NCBI RefSeq assembly: GCF_963921235.1
Contig: NC_086097.1
Location: 173,044,001 to 173,108,000, forward strand
DNA: 64,000 nucleotides
Direction: 5' to 3'
From: Mobula hypostoma
Taxonomy: Eukaryota
The translations under genes were made by a program, and so were the position numbers. A model generated the notes under the pieces. It ran no database searches, was not told the DNA's origin, and saw only the letters and a list, made by a program, of their open reading frames with translations. Positions 12,461 through 25,055 of this stretch are shown here, one piece after another; position 1 is the first letter of the stretch, and each line of letters starts with the position of its first letter.

Positions 12461-14278
12461 CACACAAAACGCTGGAGGAACTCAGCTGGCCAAGAACCAA
12501 CTATGAAAAAGAGTAAACAGTCGATATTTTGGGCCAAGACTCATCATCACTCTTCATCTGGAATGGAGAAAAAAAGGATGAGAAGTCAGAGTAAGAAGGT
12601 GGGGTGAGGGGAGGAAGAAATACAACATGGTAGATGATAAGTGAAACCGGGAGTAGGGGAGAGGTGAAGAAAAGGGTTGGGAAATTGATTAGTGAAAGAC
12701 ATAAAGAGCTGCAGAAGGAGGAATCTGATAGGAGAGGGTAGAACACCAAAAAAGAAAGAGAAGGGGGAGGAGCACCAGAGGGAGGTGATGGGCAGGTAAG
12801 GAGATAAGGTGAGAGAGGGAAATGGGAATAGGGAATGGTGAAGTAGGGGGCATTTACCAGAAGTTCAAGAAATTGATGTTCATGTCATCAGGTTGGAGGC
12901 TACCCAGATGGAATATAAGGTGTTGCTCCTCCAAACTGAGTGTGAGTAGAGGAGGTGAAGGACTTGCATATCGGAATGGGAATGGGAAGTAGAATTGAAA
13001 TGGGTGGCCACAGAGAGATCCTGCTTTTTCTGGCGGAAGGAGCATAGGTGCTCGGTGAAGCGGTCTCCCAACCTACGTTGGGTCTCACTGGTATAAAGGA
13101 GGCCACACCGGAGCACTGAACACAGTATATGAACCCAACAAGCTCACAGGTGAAGTGTCGCTTCACCTGGAAGGACTGTTTGGGGCCCTGAATGGTAGTT
13201 AGGGAGGAGGTGTAGGGGTGGGTGTGGCACTTATTCCACTTGCAAGGACAAGTACCAGTAGGGAGATCAGTGGGGAAGGACGAATAAACAAGGGAGTCAT
13301 GTAGGGAGTGATCCCTGCGGAAAGTGGGGGAGGGGTAGGGAAAGATGTGCTTCGTGGTGGGATCCCATTGGAGATGGCAGAAGTTATGGAGAATTATGTG
13401 CTGGACGTGGAGGCTGGCAGGGTGGTAGGCAAGGACAAGAGGAACCCTATCCCTGGTGGGGTGGCCGGTGGATGGGAGAAGGGCAGACGTGCGAAATGGA
13501 AGAGATTTGGGCAAAGGCAGCATTGATGGTGGAAGAAGGAATGCTCCTTTCTTTGAAGAAGGAGAATGTCTCATTAGTTCTGGAATGAAAAGCCTCATCC
13601 TGAGAGCAGATGCAGAGGAGACGGAGGTACTGAGGGAAGGGGATGTTATTTTTACAAGTAACAGAGTGGAAAGAGGTAAAATTCAGGTAGCTGTGAGAAT
13701 CAGTGGGTTTATAAAAGATCTCAGTAGATAAACTGTCTCCAGAGATAGAGACAGAGATCAAGAAAAGGGAGGGAGGTGTCAGAAATGGACCAAGTAGATT
13801 TGAGGGTAGGGTGGAAGTTGGAGGCAAAGTTGATGAAGTTGATGAGCTCAGCATGGGTGCAGGAAGCAGCACCAATGCTGTCGTTGATGTAGTATAGGAA
13901 AAATTAGGAAGTGATACCAGTGTAGGCTTGGAACATAGCCGACAAATAGGCAGGCACAGCTGTGATCCATATAGTGCCCATGGTTACAACTTTGGTTTGA
14001 AGGAGAAATTATTGAGAGTGAGGACCAGTTCCGTCAGATGGAGCAGAGTGGTGGTGGAGGGGAACAGATTGGGTCTGTTGTCTATAAAGAAGTGGAGAGC
14101 TTTAAAGCCCTCCTGATGGGGGTGCATGGGAACTGGACACATCCATCGTGAAAGTGAGACAATCGGGGCCAAGAAAAGTGAAGTCACTGAAAAGATCCAA
14201 GACGTGAGAAGTGTCAAGGATGTAGGTAGGAAGGGACTGAACCAGGGAAGATAAAACAGGGTCCAGGTATGCAGAAAT
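12461..14278 (-). mobile_element. Penelope-like retroelement, 5'-truncated and decayed: RT core, thumb, GIY-YIG endonuclease, pLTR
   Basis: Minus-strand ORFs: LTELVLTLNNFSF (RT); TEIFYKPTDSHSYLNFTSFHSVTCKNNIPFPQYLRL (thumb); HFTCELVGFIYCVQCS / LLYTSETQRRLGDRFTEH...VATHFNSTSH (GIY-YIG); EEQHLIFHLGSLQPDDMNI (C-terminus). Confidence 0.93.
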
Positions 14279-14879
14279 AAGAAAATGCTTAACTGCAAAA
14301 TGCTCCTTTGAAATATTGTTATGACTTCTTTTAATAACTAAACGAATAACTACCCGGGAAATTGTTTGAAAATGCAGGGTATAGTTTAAATACAGAGCAG
14401 TATTTCTTTTTGTCTTCTAATCTAAACTTTCACAATGAATGAAATTTGGCAAGTCTGACAGTCATTTGTACCAGATGACTTTAGCAAAATGGTACTACTC
14501 AGGAGATCAGGAAACATAACAAATCATTTACACCTTTTTACATATACTTTGTATAAAACATCTTTGTACTTTCAGCCTACTAAATCAGAGTATTTGATAG
14601 CACAGCGAGGAAATAACAGGTAACAAGTTAGCCCTCTCTGTGCCACTTTAATTGACATAATTCATTACTTAAGGGCTAATAACATTTTTCTGGCATGTCC
14701 TAAAAATAAGAATATAATCTAAAGAATAATTACCCAATTTTTAAAATTAATATAATTTAAAATTAATAAACTCACATTTTAACATATTACTATCGTGAAG
14801 TGATCTTTGGTGCCTTTCCTTTTCAAACTAGTTAGTTTCAAAGCATAATATTAAATCACATTTACACAATGGCCAAACA

Positions 14880-15085
14880 CTATAGATACTGCAAATCTTA
14901 AAACAAAAGCAGAAATTGTTGGAAATATTCTACACGTCAATAGCTTCTGTGGAGATAGAAGTAGAGCTAATATTTCAGATAGATGCCCATTCAGTTGTAA
15001 CTTCAAAGTCATTTAACTTTTTTACTCTTGGCATAAATGCTGCCTGAGCTGCTAAGAAACTCCAGCATTTTGTGTTTTCATTCAA
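14880..15085. mobile_element. Old palindromic Penelope pLTR-derived element
   Basis: Left arm agatactgcaaatcttaaaacaaaagcagaaattgttggaaatattc; right arm gctgcctgagctgctaagaaactccagcattttgtgttttc. These are degenerate inverted pLTR arms. Confidence 0.55.
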
Positions 15086-15231
15086 GGAAAGTCATCCAAT
15101 AGGTGAAACAAAATGGCTCCTTTCACACTTGGCAATGGAGTAAGCTGGGCTTAAACTAACATTTTCTCATATAACTCGCAACATTAGATCACAGAGAGGT
15201 AACTTGGAACTATCAGTTTAGTTTAACTCAC

Positions 15232-15624
15232 CTGTAGGCTTGGGGCCTACTCGTATGTTAAGAGCACCTTCTAGGCTTGAAAGTGAGGTCAGAATAGAAG
15301 GCTTTCTGGGATGAGGTAACATCTCCATCACAGCAACAATCTGAACTGTGTGGATGGAAAACTTCTGAAAAAATGACATGGCTTTCCAATTGCTTCCTTG
15401 ACAAATTGCTCTCTCGGTGAATGATCCTGGTTCATTCTTCACTCCAAATGTTGATGTAAACATCTCATCTTTATTGTAAACTCTTTTGGGGGAGACTGCA
15501 GCTTTGGAGGTGATCTCATGATTATATCTTGGCAGTATCCTCTTTACAAAATTTGTTACTTGATCCAATTTGACAAGACTCAAGTTGACCTTCCAGGGAC
15601 GTGATAATTCCAAATGAACTTCAG
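15232..15624 (-). CDS. VPS13B: VPS13B internal coding exon (393 nt; (A)EVHLELSRPWKVNLSLVKLDQV...WKAMSFFQKFSIHTVQIVAVMEMLPHPRKPSILTSLSSLEGAL...PT)
   Basis: Matches human DVNLDISKPLKANLSFTKLDQI...WRAVSCFQKISVQTTQIVISMETVPH. Acceptor ttttttaaacag|CT, donor CAG|gtgagt; phase 1 to 1. Confidence 0.96.
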
Positions 15625-16989
15625 CTGTTTAAAAAATAAAGCACTGTATTTAACAAAAATAATCACTCATACCAAGTAGAAAGTTAAGAAAGACTGACAT
15701 ACTTGTCAAAGCAAAAAGGCTAGTTTAGTTATTTTGCTGCATGTATAATCGTAGCACACACATAACCATGGCAGCCAGAAAAAAACAGTAATAAGGGAAA
15801 GAAATATTCAAATCTACGCAGAAAAAGGTTTCATCAAATTTTAGCACATAACTTGTTCGTATGATTTTCTTTTACTATCTGAGGAAAGTACAAGCTCCAG
15901 ATTACAACAGCGTTCTGATTATTTAACCAGTCCTTTATCCTGACAATCAGAAATGGTTGTGCAGTGACATTGAGGTTCTTGCTTTTTCCCAAACTTAAGG
16001 GGTCATTTCTTCCACCTTATCCATTATACAAATTTGGGCTTAAAATAATTTTTTAACATGATGGTCTCTTTTAAACTTGCATTACTTTCAATTTAACTGG
16101 CAGTAATTTTCAAGTTGAGTGGGTGGAATCTCCTATTCCTTAAAATTCAGCTGCTTTCTAAATCATTTACCTTCTTTAAAATAAAACATTGAAACAAAAT
16201 TTATTCAAATGTACATCTTGTATGTATTAGTCAATTTGTCAAATCCACAGGCTTCTTACCAACACTGGGGGAAATACAAATCAACTAATTTTTAAACAAT
16301 ACAGTAAATGCCACATTATAAATCTCAAGTTACGATTAAACTGTGTGGTATGTCAAGTAATGGACATTTGGGGTGAATTAGAAGAGGTGTATGCAGTCCT
16401 GGGGTGGAGCTGGTCCAGCTTGTGACACAAGTGCTGAGATTCAATTAGGAATCCTGTGCACGTCTGCATTGCTTCCTTCAAGCATATGTTATTTTGTAGT
16501 AGACAGGTTCAGCTTTTACTTTGCATATGCCTTTTATTACGAAGAAAAGAAATGGTCACTCTCGTTACAAGTTAAGTATACAATGTGGACTAGCATCTGT
16601 TACAACTACAACACAGTGGATAGTTGGACATTTTTAAAGAGAAAGCTCACATTGGATTGAAGGAGCTGTTATTGATTAGAAAATGCACTTTGCCACATCT
16701 GATTATTGTTGAGTTTAAGTAGTGACGCTGGCATATAAATACTTCACCTTTATATATTTCAGAAAGGTGATTTATCTAAATCCCATTCCAGTTTCTAAAT
16801 TTTAAACTAAACTTTAGTCTCAAATTTATTTAAGGTAAGTCTTTGACCAAATGTGCAAGGACTAATTCTCAGGCATAATTCTAGATGAGCCATGAACGTA
16901 CCCATGGAGTATGTTCAATAAGTGGAAGTAGAGATGTTGTTTCTGTGAAAGGAACTAACAGAAATTTTCAAACCCTCAGGAGAACCCAA

Positions 16990-17198
16990 GCTGGCTGGTG
17001 GCGTAGTGGCATCAGTGCTGGACTTTGGACCGAAGGCTCTCGAGCTCGAATCCAACCGTCTCCCTTCCATCTGTGCAGGGTTGAGTGTTAAGCTAGCAAC
17101 TCAACCTTGTAAAAATAAGAAAGCCTGCTAAAAAAAACGCCATCATGATGGTGTCCCGATGACTCCACTCAGAGTTAAGGGCTTTCTTCTTCTTTTTC
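16990..17198 (+). mobile_element. tRNA-derived SINE with RTE-like body, complete, 9-bp TSD
   Basis: A box TGGCGTAGTGG (16999-17009), B-box-like GCTCGAATCC (17044-17053), (TTC)n tail. TSD AGAACCCAA at 16981-16989 and 17199-17207. Confidence 0.85.
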
Positions 17199-17513
17199 AG
17201 AACCCAATTCATTTTGTAGTCAAGGTAATGATGGTATTTACTGTTGCAAAGCTGGGAATTGCAGCAATCCAGTTGTGCACAGCAAGGTCTCACCAATATT
17301 AATGAGAAAAACAACTGTTTAGGTGATGTAGGCGGAAGGATAAATGTTGCCCAAGAGAATGTTGCCAAGAGTTCTTTGGTATCCACCAGAGAGGAGGTGG
17401 GGTTAGTCAGAAAGAAAGCACCTCCAGCAGTGTAGCAGTCCTTCAATACTCAGCTAAATTGTTGGCACACACTTCGCATGACAATAGCTGCAGTGTGGCT
17501 GGAACCCATTATG

Positions 17514-18210
17514 TCACACACAAGATGCTGGAGGAACTCAACAGGTTCGCAGCATCTATGGAAATTAATGAAGAGTCAACATTTTGGGCTGAGATCCTTC
17601 CTCAGGACTGGAAAGGAAATGGGAAGACGCCAGAATAAAAAGGTGAGGGGAGAGGAAGGAGGCTAGCTGGAAGATGATGGGTGAAGGCAGGTGGGTGGGA
17701 ATGTTCAAGGGCTGGAGAAGAAGAAATCTGATAGGAGTGGACCATAGGAGAAAGGGAAGGAGGAGGGGACCTAGGGCAAGCGATAGGCAGGTGAGCAAAC
17801 ATAAAAGGCCAGAGTGGGGAATATAGGAAGAGAGGAGGGGAATGGAAATTTTTTTGTACCGGAAGGAGAAATCAATATTCATGCTGTCAGGTTGGAGGCT
17901 ACCCAGACGGAATATAAGGTGTTGCTCCTCCATCCTGAGTGTGGCCTCATTCTGGCACAAGAGGAGGCCATGGACCAACATGTTGGAACGCAAATGGAAA
18001 TCTGAATTAAAATGTCTGTCAACTGGGAAGTTCCACTTTTGACAGATGGAGTTGAAGTGATCAGCGAAGCAGTCCCCAAATTTACAACAGGTCTCACCGA
18101 TGTGAGGAGACTACGTACAGAGCACAGGACACAATAGATGACCCCAGACGATTCACAGGTGTTACCTCACCTGGAAGGACTGTTTGGGGCCCTGAATGGT
18201 GGTGAGGGAA
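17514..18210 (-). mobile_element. Penelope-like element 3' fragment (GIY-YIG + pLTR)
   Basis: ORF 17565..17993 (-): VHGLLLCQNEATLRMEEQHLIFRLGSLQPDSMNIDF, followed by the pLTR with a decayed hammerhead motif near 17575-17612. Confidence 0.9.
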
Positions 18211-18538
18211 AATCATCATCATTCACTGTTGTTTGTAACAGAATTTAAGCAGTTTTAAGCAGTTTTTTCTGCCAGCAAATACAAACGTTTGTACATTGAA
18301 TATGTATCAAAAAATTATGTATTATTTAATTATGACTGTCTATATTTCTTCCCTAAGTACACATTTTAAAAATGTGCCTGGATATGAAGGCACTGCCATT
18401 CAAGTAGTTCACTACAAAATTGAAAGTAATGTATGAAGTAACTGTGGCAATATTCCAGAAACCAGGCTATTATGAAAATGTCTCAAATCCATCTGTGTAC
18501 CATGACATCCTGGTTTAACAGTATGCATTAGAAAGCCA

Positions 18539-18834
18539 TTGGCGTGTGGCCAAGTGGCTGAGACATTGGTCTAGTGATCTGAAGGTCGCTAGTTCGAGCC
18601 TCATCTGAGGCAGTGTGTTGTGTCCTTGAGCAAGGCACTTAACCACACATTGCTCTGCGACGACACCGGTACCAAGCTATATCGGCCCTAGTGCCCTTCC
18701 CTTGGACAACATCGTGGAGAGGGGAGACTTGCAACATGAGCAACTGCCGGTCTTCCATACAACCTTGCCCAGGCCTGCACCCTGGAAACCTTCCAAGGCG
18801 CAAATCCATGGTCTCATGAGACTAACAGATGCCT
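18539..18834 (+). mobile_element. tRNA-derived SINE (CORE-like middle, RTE-like 3' part), complete, ~12-bp TSD
   Basis: A box TGGCCAAGTGG 18547-18557, B box GTTCGAGCC 18592-18600, middle tgtgtccttgagcaaggcacttaacc. TSD ATTAGAAAGCCA (18527-18538) and ATTAGAGAGCCA (18835-18846). Confidence 0.85.
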
Positions 18835-19160
18835 ATTAGAGAGCCAGTGTATAACAGCATTTTTACTGAAGACAAACAACTTCTTTCAAGTGTTAGTTGT
18901 TGAGTTCAAATTATTTGTATTCCCAGCATTTTTCTCTTTATATGAAATAAGTTTCTGACTAAGTTGCAAAGAGGTGAAGGAAGGATGCCAACTGGAAAGT
19001 GAATTGACAATCCATGGGAAAGGTGAATTGGGGGTTGGAGAAGGGTCAATGACATGGTGAAAGGATTAGAGCAAGGATATGCTAACAGACATGTTTTTCA
19101 GGATGCTTTAGAAGGAAACAAGAGGAACCAGCCAAAGAGATTTTGAAGGAGAACTACAGG

Positions 19161-20058
19161 TGTGACGAGAATACACATAGATTAAGATGTTAGCTGTCCT
19201 GTGCTGGCACCAGTGGGATCAGCAGTTGATCTGCCACCTGTCTTCAGGAGAAAGAGAGATAAGGAAAACAATGGAGCAGCATTTGGAAATGTTAATGAAG
19301 GGATGGGAGAGTTTGGAAGGAGAGCTGTCAAGATCGGCTCCCCCTTTGAACCCTGAACTGTTTGAAGTGATGGACAGGCGATACCCCAGCAGGGGGATAA
19401 AAAGGGACAGGTTCGCTAAGGCAGACACACACGACACCACGAGGTAACGAGACCCTGGAAGCGGTGCGCCTCCCACAAGTCGGTGGGAGTTTTGGAGGGC
19501 TGGTAGCGGGACCAAGCCATAGACGCACAGGATGGAAAGGTACGACCGGCGGGAACCTGGTGTGTGTCCGCCTTTGCCTGGGTGCCAGGTTCACTGCAGA
19601 GAAACGATCGTATCTGGAAACGGAGGGGTCACAGTCGGTGACCTCAGAAGACATCACAAAGGGCCCGCCTGAAAGCTGACTGCGAAGAATATCGAAGGTC
19701 TGTGTGGAAGCCGTTTGAATATTCATTCATTTTTGCTCTCTCTCTCCTTCCCCCCACTGTCCATCTCCCACGGCAGTGATTTTACTGTGAACTGAACTGA
19801 ACTCAATTGAACTGAACTTTGCGTCACTTTGAAACTGGTCATTTACCCCTAGACGACGATAGACTTGATTGATCCTGTTATCCTAATTCTGTGTACATGT
19901 GTGTTTATCATTATTGAACTGTTGCATTTATTATCCTTTTGATTAGAGTACTGTGTTGCTTGTTTCTTTAATAAAACTTTCTTAGTTCTAGTAATCCAGA
20001 CTCCAACTGAGTGATCCATTTCTGCAGGTTTGGCAACCCAGTTACGGGGTACGTAACA
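19161..20058 (+). mobile_element. Solo LTR (~898 bp)
   Basis: Termini TGTGACG...CGTAACA (TG..CA, imperfect inverted repeat). CpG-rich relative to flanks, TATA-like GATAAAAG near 19396, AATAAA near 19970. No adjacent PBS, PPT or internal sequence. Confidence 0.8.
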
Positions 20059-22249
20059 TAAGGAGCAATAGAGTAATGTAAGACAGATGACAATCCCTTA
20101 AGGTAACATGAAGGTAAACATGTAGAAGCAGTAATACAAACCCTTATGCTACTAGGGACAACTATTAATGACTGCATAGGTTGGCCTAAATATAACAAAA
20201 TGAGACCATGGAGGGATTTTAAAGGAATGCGTTAAAGTCTATGTGTTAGGCAACAGAAGCAACAAATGGAAAATAACAACTGTTTTGAACAGTTAAGTAT
20301 CTGTTGAATGGAGTACACTAAGGTACTTTTGAGAGATGATATCAGTGTTTAAAAGAGCATTTCCCTCTGCAGTATGTGCACCCTCCATAGCAACATAGAA
20401 AGAAGAGCAGTTGAAGGCTTATGAGAAGGAGTGAGTAGAAAAAAATCTAAGAAGGTAGTGGGAGTGGAGGGCCAGAGGTTTCCAGAAGTTAGAGTGACAT
20501 GACTCCTGGGTCAGATAGCTATCTGGGTCCTATGCTGCTTCTGTACTCTCTCATTTCTTTATTTCTTGTGTCATTTCCTGACTTTGATGTGCTTCTATTT
20601 TTGAAAGAGAGAACAAATGGAAATCGTTGTCTTGAAGATGACTCAGAGGTGACCTTGTCAAATTATGAACAGATTCTATGGGAGAGGATCAGTAGGCTCC
20701 ATTAATGGGGGGGGGGGGGGTTGGCAGAGATAGCGGGGAAATCCACCCGATGGATATTCATTTTCCAGGACCCAGGAAGCTTATTGCTAACCTCAGCCTC
20801 CTGGAACAACAACATGACCTTTCCAAAGGGTCAGGGTAGATTTTAACAATATTCCTTGGTGAGCTTCTTGTTGTAAACTAACAAAACTGTGAGGTCTTGT
20901 AGGCCCATGTTTAATCAACATAAAACTTTAGGGTTATGTTAATTAGCCTGCATCAAACCAGATAATACTGGCTAAGTTATTTGTATTATTATGACTGAGA
21001 TCAAGGAGGCTTGCAGGCCAAACTGATTTTGTCACTTTAGCACATGAACACAGGTACAGTTACAGCATTAATTTTGGGTGTCTGGGATCTCTGACCCCAG
21101 AAGCTTTTAGACCATCTGTTGAATTGCTTTGTCCCAGCAAAAGTATCTGAAAAACATCACATGCAAATAATGTCAACTAGTAGCAAAGCAGTATAAATGT
21201 TAGAAAACACTGGGATTATTATGAATAACAAAGAGAATGACAGAACGTCAGATTGACAGAAAGAAGAACTAGAATTCATTCCTCAATCTTTGGTTTGTGC
21301 AACAGACAATTCGTTCATCTGCAACCCGTTAGTATGTGCGTAAGTCTTGAACCCATGTTTGGAAATCCTTTTTAGTTTATAAATCTATCGAAATTTGAAA
21401 ATCTTTCATAAATCAGAAAATCCTGTGTTAGCTTTAAATGTGTGTTTAGAACTATTTGTCTAAGTTTAGATGTGTATCATTAAAAATAAAACAAACTGTG
21501 CTTATACTACTTTGTTAGCTGAAAGTGTCTCCAAGTAGTGGGTATTGGCAGAAAGATCTCACCACAAAGACTAGACAGGGAGGAAACTAGCCTTTAAAGA
21601 GTAGGCTGATACAGCAGAACTTCCCTATAGTGAGGGCGTCCGTAGAAACCTATATCAGATAGAGCTTAAAATTTCCTTTTGCATTTAGGGCTTTCTGGAC
21701 AGTGAACCCAATACCATCACAGGAGACAGTCACAAGAGTCCAACATTTAGAATATTAAATAAAATAGTCACTAATAAATCTACTAAGAAAACCATAGGAA
21801 AACCTTTCCCTAAAAAGATGTGATAATGTGGAACTTGCTACTACATGAAATGATTCTGATAAGCATCATATCATTAAAGGAAAAGTTAGATTAAAATGAT
21901 GAATAAAAATGCTTAAAGGATGTTCAGCCTTAAAGTTGAGGGATATATAATGTCTAGGAAATGGGAAAAACTGTCTTGTTCATCTTCAAAGTATTGTCAT
22001 GGATGTTTCACCTTTCAGGGCAGATGGGATTTCTTACTATTGTGGCTCATCTGACAGTCCAGTATTAGATCCCTGTTCTAAATTTAGTGTTTAAATAGCT
22101 GGAACATAACCTAACATTACAACCTTATGAATCAGTGCTAAGTGCCATACCCACTATGCCAAGTCTGATGTTTAGTATTAAAATAGCACTTGTAATCACA
22201 GAAACCGCTGGCATAAGAATCACAGAAGAGATGGGCAGAAACACCAAAG

Positions 22250-22580
22250 ATTCAGAGGTCCAATTTAATGTCAGAGAAATGTATACAATATACATCTTGA
22301 AATGCTTTTTCTTCACAACCATCCACAAAAACAAAGGAGTGCCCCAAAGAATGAACGACAGTTAAATGTTAGAACCCCAAAGTCCCCCCAGCTCCCCTCC
22401 CTCCCGTCCGTAAGCGGCAGCAAACAATGATTCCCCCCCTCTCCTCACTGGCAAAAAAAGCATCGACACCCGCCACTGAGCACTCAAACATGAGCAAAGC
22501 AATTGCAAAGACACAGACTTGCAGTTACCCAAAGACTTCATGCTTCGCCCAGTATATGACATATCACAGGCTCTCTCTCA
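22250..22580 (-). mobile_element. Non-autonomous retroelement / LINE 3' tail (Rex-type tail, family unassigned)
   Basis: Reverse complement ends tgtatattgtatacatttctctgacattaaattggacctctgaatct and is GC-richer than its flanks. Confidence 0.5.
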
Positions 22581-24917
22581 GACACATATATTAGCATTTA
22601 TTTCAATAGGCCTGATGCATGTTTATTACATTAGATTTATTTTGAAAAGGAGTTGTATTTCTAATATGTAGCCGATATTCTCTAATAACAGAGAATTTTG
22701 TCATAACTATTACAAAATTAACTAATTTGTTGATGTCGCATAATAAATACCACATGAGCAAAACAAAAAAGATTAAAATATAACTATACTTGGATGGTGT
22801 ATCAAGAAGCATCTGATGATTGACTACCTTTCCAAGATGAGTCTAGGTTGAAATGACATAGATTGTCAAATCTTGGTCATACAACTCATTTCTGTTATTT
22901 GTTCTAGAAATATTCAGTGGCATTGAATTACACAATGTTACAATGCAGATAAACTTTGAAACAAGAGTTATTTTATACCAGTCTAATATCTCTTTAAGTG
23001 GCTTAGTGTTAAACTTTATTTGAATTCACTGCTATGAAACTAATGGAATATATTTACTTATACCAGTTCAAGTTTAGTTTCAAACTGTTTCCCTAATCAG
23101 AAGCACTAACTATGGTACTGTGCTACATTGCTGCTGAAATATCAAAACATTACCCGTCAAGTGAAAAAAGAACTTTTAATGACAGCATATCATTACATTA
23201 ACAAATGACCTTAAGTAAATTTTAAACGAAGCCTGAATACATTACAATACTGCCGAACTCTCTTTCTCACATGTCAGCTCTCTTTAAATTAAAAATTATT
23301 ACTTTAAACAGTGTCACCATGCTTAGGAGTACTGCAAAATTGGGATCAATTGGGCAAATTCCTGAAGTTATATGATGCCATACCTGCGGTAAACATCTGT
23401 ACAGAATGAAATGTGTGTGTGGGTTCGGTATGCATCTGCTCTAATGCTCCTTCACTATGGGATTTTTTTTTCCTGCAACACCAATTACCCTGCTTCAAAT
23501 TATGAAGGGCCAGCATGCCAGGATAGGGTCTGCATTCACCCACTCCACGGGGATTCGACTCGGTTGGGAATGGATTTATTACTGTTTTACACATGGAATG
23601 AAGTTTGTGTCAGATGAGGCCAGTGACACATCATATGATTCAAATTAACCTGTTATAGGCGCTCTGTAGGGCCAACCACTGTGTAAAAATGACGACTTTT
23701 TTTTTCCCTTTAAAAAAACACTTGATGGAAACCAGGGATGCCAGGCCATAATGGTTCCAATTTGTTCTAACTAATCTATCACCTGCCAGAGTTATTGCTC
23801 TAGTGGGTTTCTGGTCACATTATTCTGCAGCTTTTCGGGGAGTCGTTGAACTTGTTAATGGATGGAATTATATCCTTTGCTAAATTCAGGACTCTCTTGA
23901 AGAAATACTTATTTGGTATCCTGAATGAGCAGGGAGCAGAGGGTCAATCAATCACATACAAGTTTATAACAGCTGCAGTAGAACTTCCTTTTGAATTATG
24001 TAATGTGTAACATTTTGAATAAGGCAAATAATCTCCTTTTACCATAATGGTAACACAATGCTACTATTTTTTAGGTGAACAGGATGCCAACATAATATTT
24101 TATTGCTATTTTCTGAAGACCCATATAAAGCTATGTCTCTCTGGCTAGCAATAAACTAAAGTAAGCCGTGGAGGACCTTAAATTTCTGGCATTAGAAACC
24201 AAGTGGAATGATGGATGGACTTACGCCATCAATTTATAACCTGCACAGGTATGTTATAAATCCTCCGCTTACTTACAAAATACACTGTTATGTTCCTATC
24301 ACCCAGGTCTGCGTGTTGCAAGCACCATTTCCTGCGGGAACTATAATGTATACTCACTAATACTGAGATCCTATTACTTCAATCTGGAAAAAAATATTTG
24401 GTTGGTGCTTTTGCCAAATGTATGGAAAAATGCCTCTTCATGTGGTATCAAGTGCATTGCCATATCCTGCTATTACCCATTCATTAGTGGTTTCACTGTC
24501 TAGCTACTTGCTGTCACTGAACTCAGGTTTTCATAATGCAGAATGACTGCTGGGCTTCTTGCATGTTTAAATTGGGAGATTAGGTTTCTGCTAAATTGCA
24601 TATGTTTACCTCCTTCTCCTGCCAATTGACAAATTGCTTACAACATACAGTGCACTCAGAAAAACATTAGATCTTCACTCAACTCATTAAGGATTACTGC
24701 TCCAGTTTGTACCACATAAAACTAAATGCACAAAAATAAATGGCAGAGACCCACCCAAGGATCTTTTTAGCTGTGCTTTCTTAATGACACGTGTAAGATT
24801 GTGAAGAGATTGGGAGATGCACTTTAGGCAAGGTATTGCAGCCAAAGGCAGCTCCCAGACTCTGCGGTTGTAATCAAAACAAACTGTGCATTGGGATATA
24901 AAGTCTTGTGCTCTTAC

Positions 24918-25055
24918 CTGGCCCATTAAGAAAGTCTTTAATTTGCAAAGACAGGAGAGGAGGGGGAATGCCAGCTTTGAGATCAGCGTCCCCTGGAACA
25001 GTCTGCAACCAAAACACACTGTAGTCCAAAGCTTCTGGAAGGGTCTTACCTGGAT
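24918..25055 (-). CDS. VPS13B: VPS13B internal coding exon (138 nt; (D)PGKTLPEALDYSVFWLQTVPGDADLKAGIPPPLLSLQIKDFLNGP)
   Basis: Not called in the right frame by the ORF track; read manually. Matches human DPGKTLPEALDYCTVWLQTVPGEIDSKSGIPPSFITLQIKDFLNGP. Acceptor ttgttctgttatag|AT, donor CAG|gtaaga; phase 1 to 1. Confidence 0.96.

Noticed and set aside
16990..18610. tRNA-like A/B boxes as tRNA genes
   Set aside because: They are SINE heads with bodies, tails and TSDs, and no complete cloverleaf.
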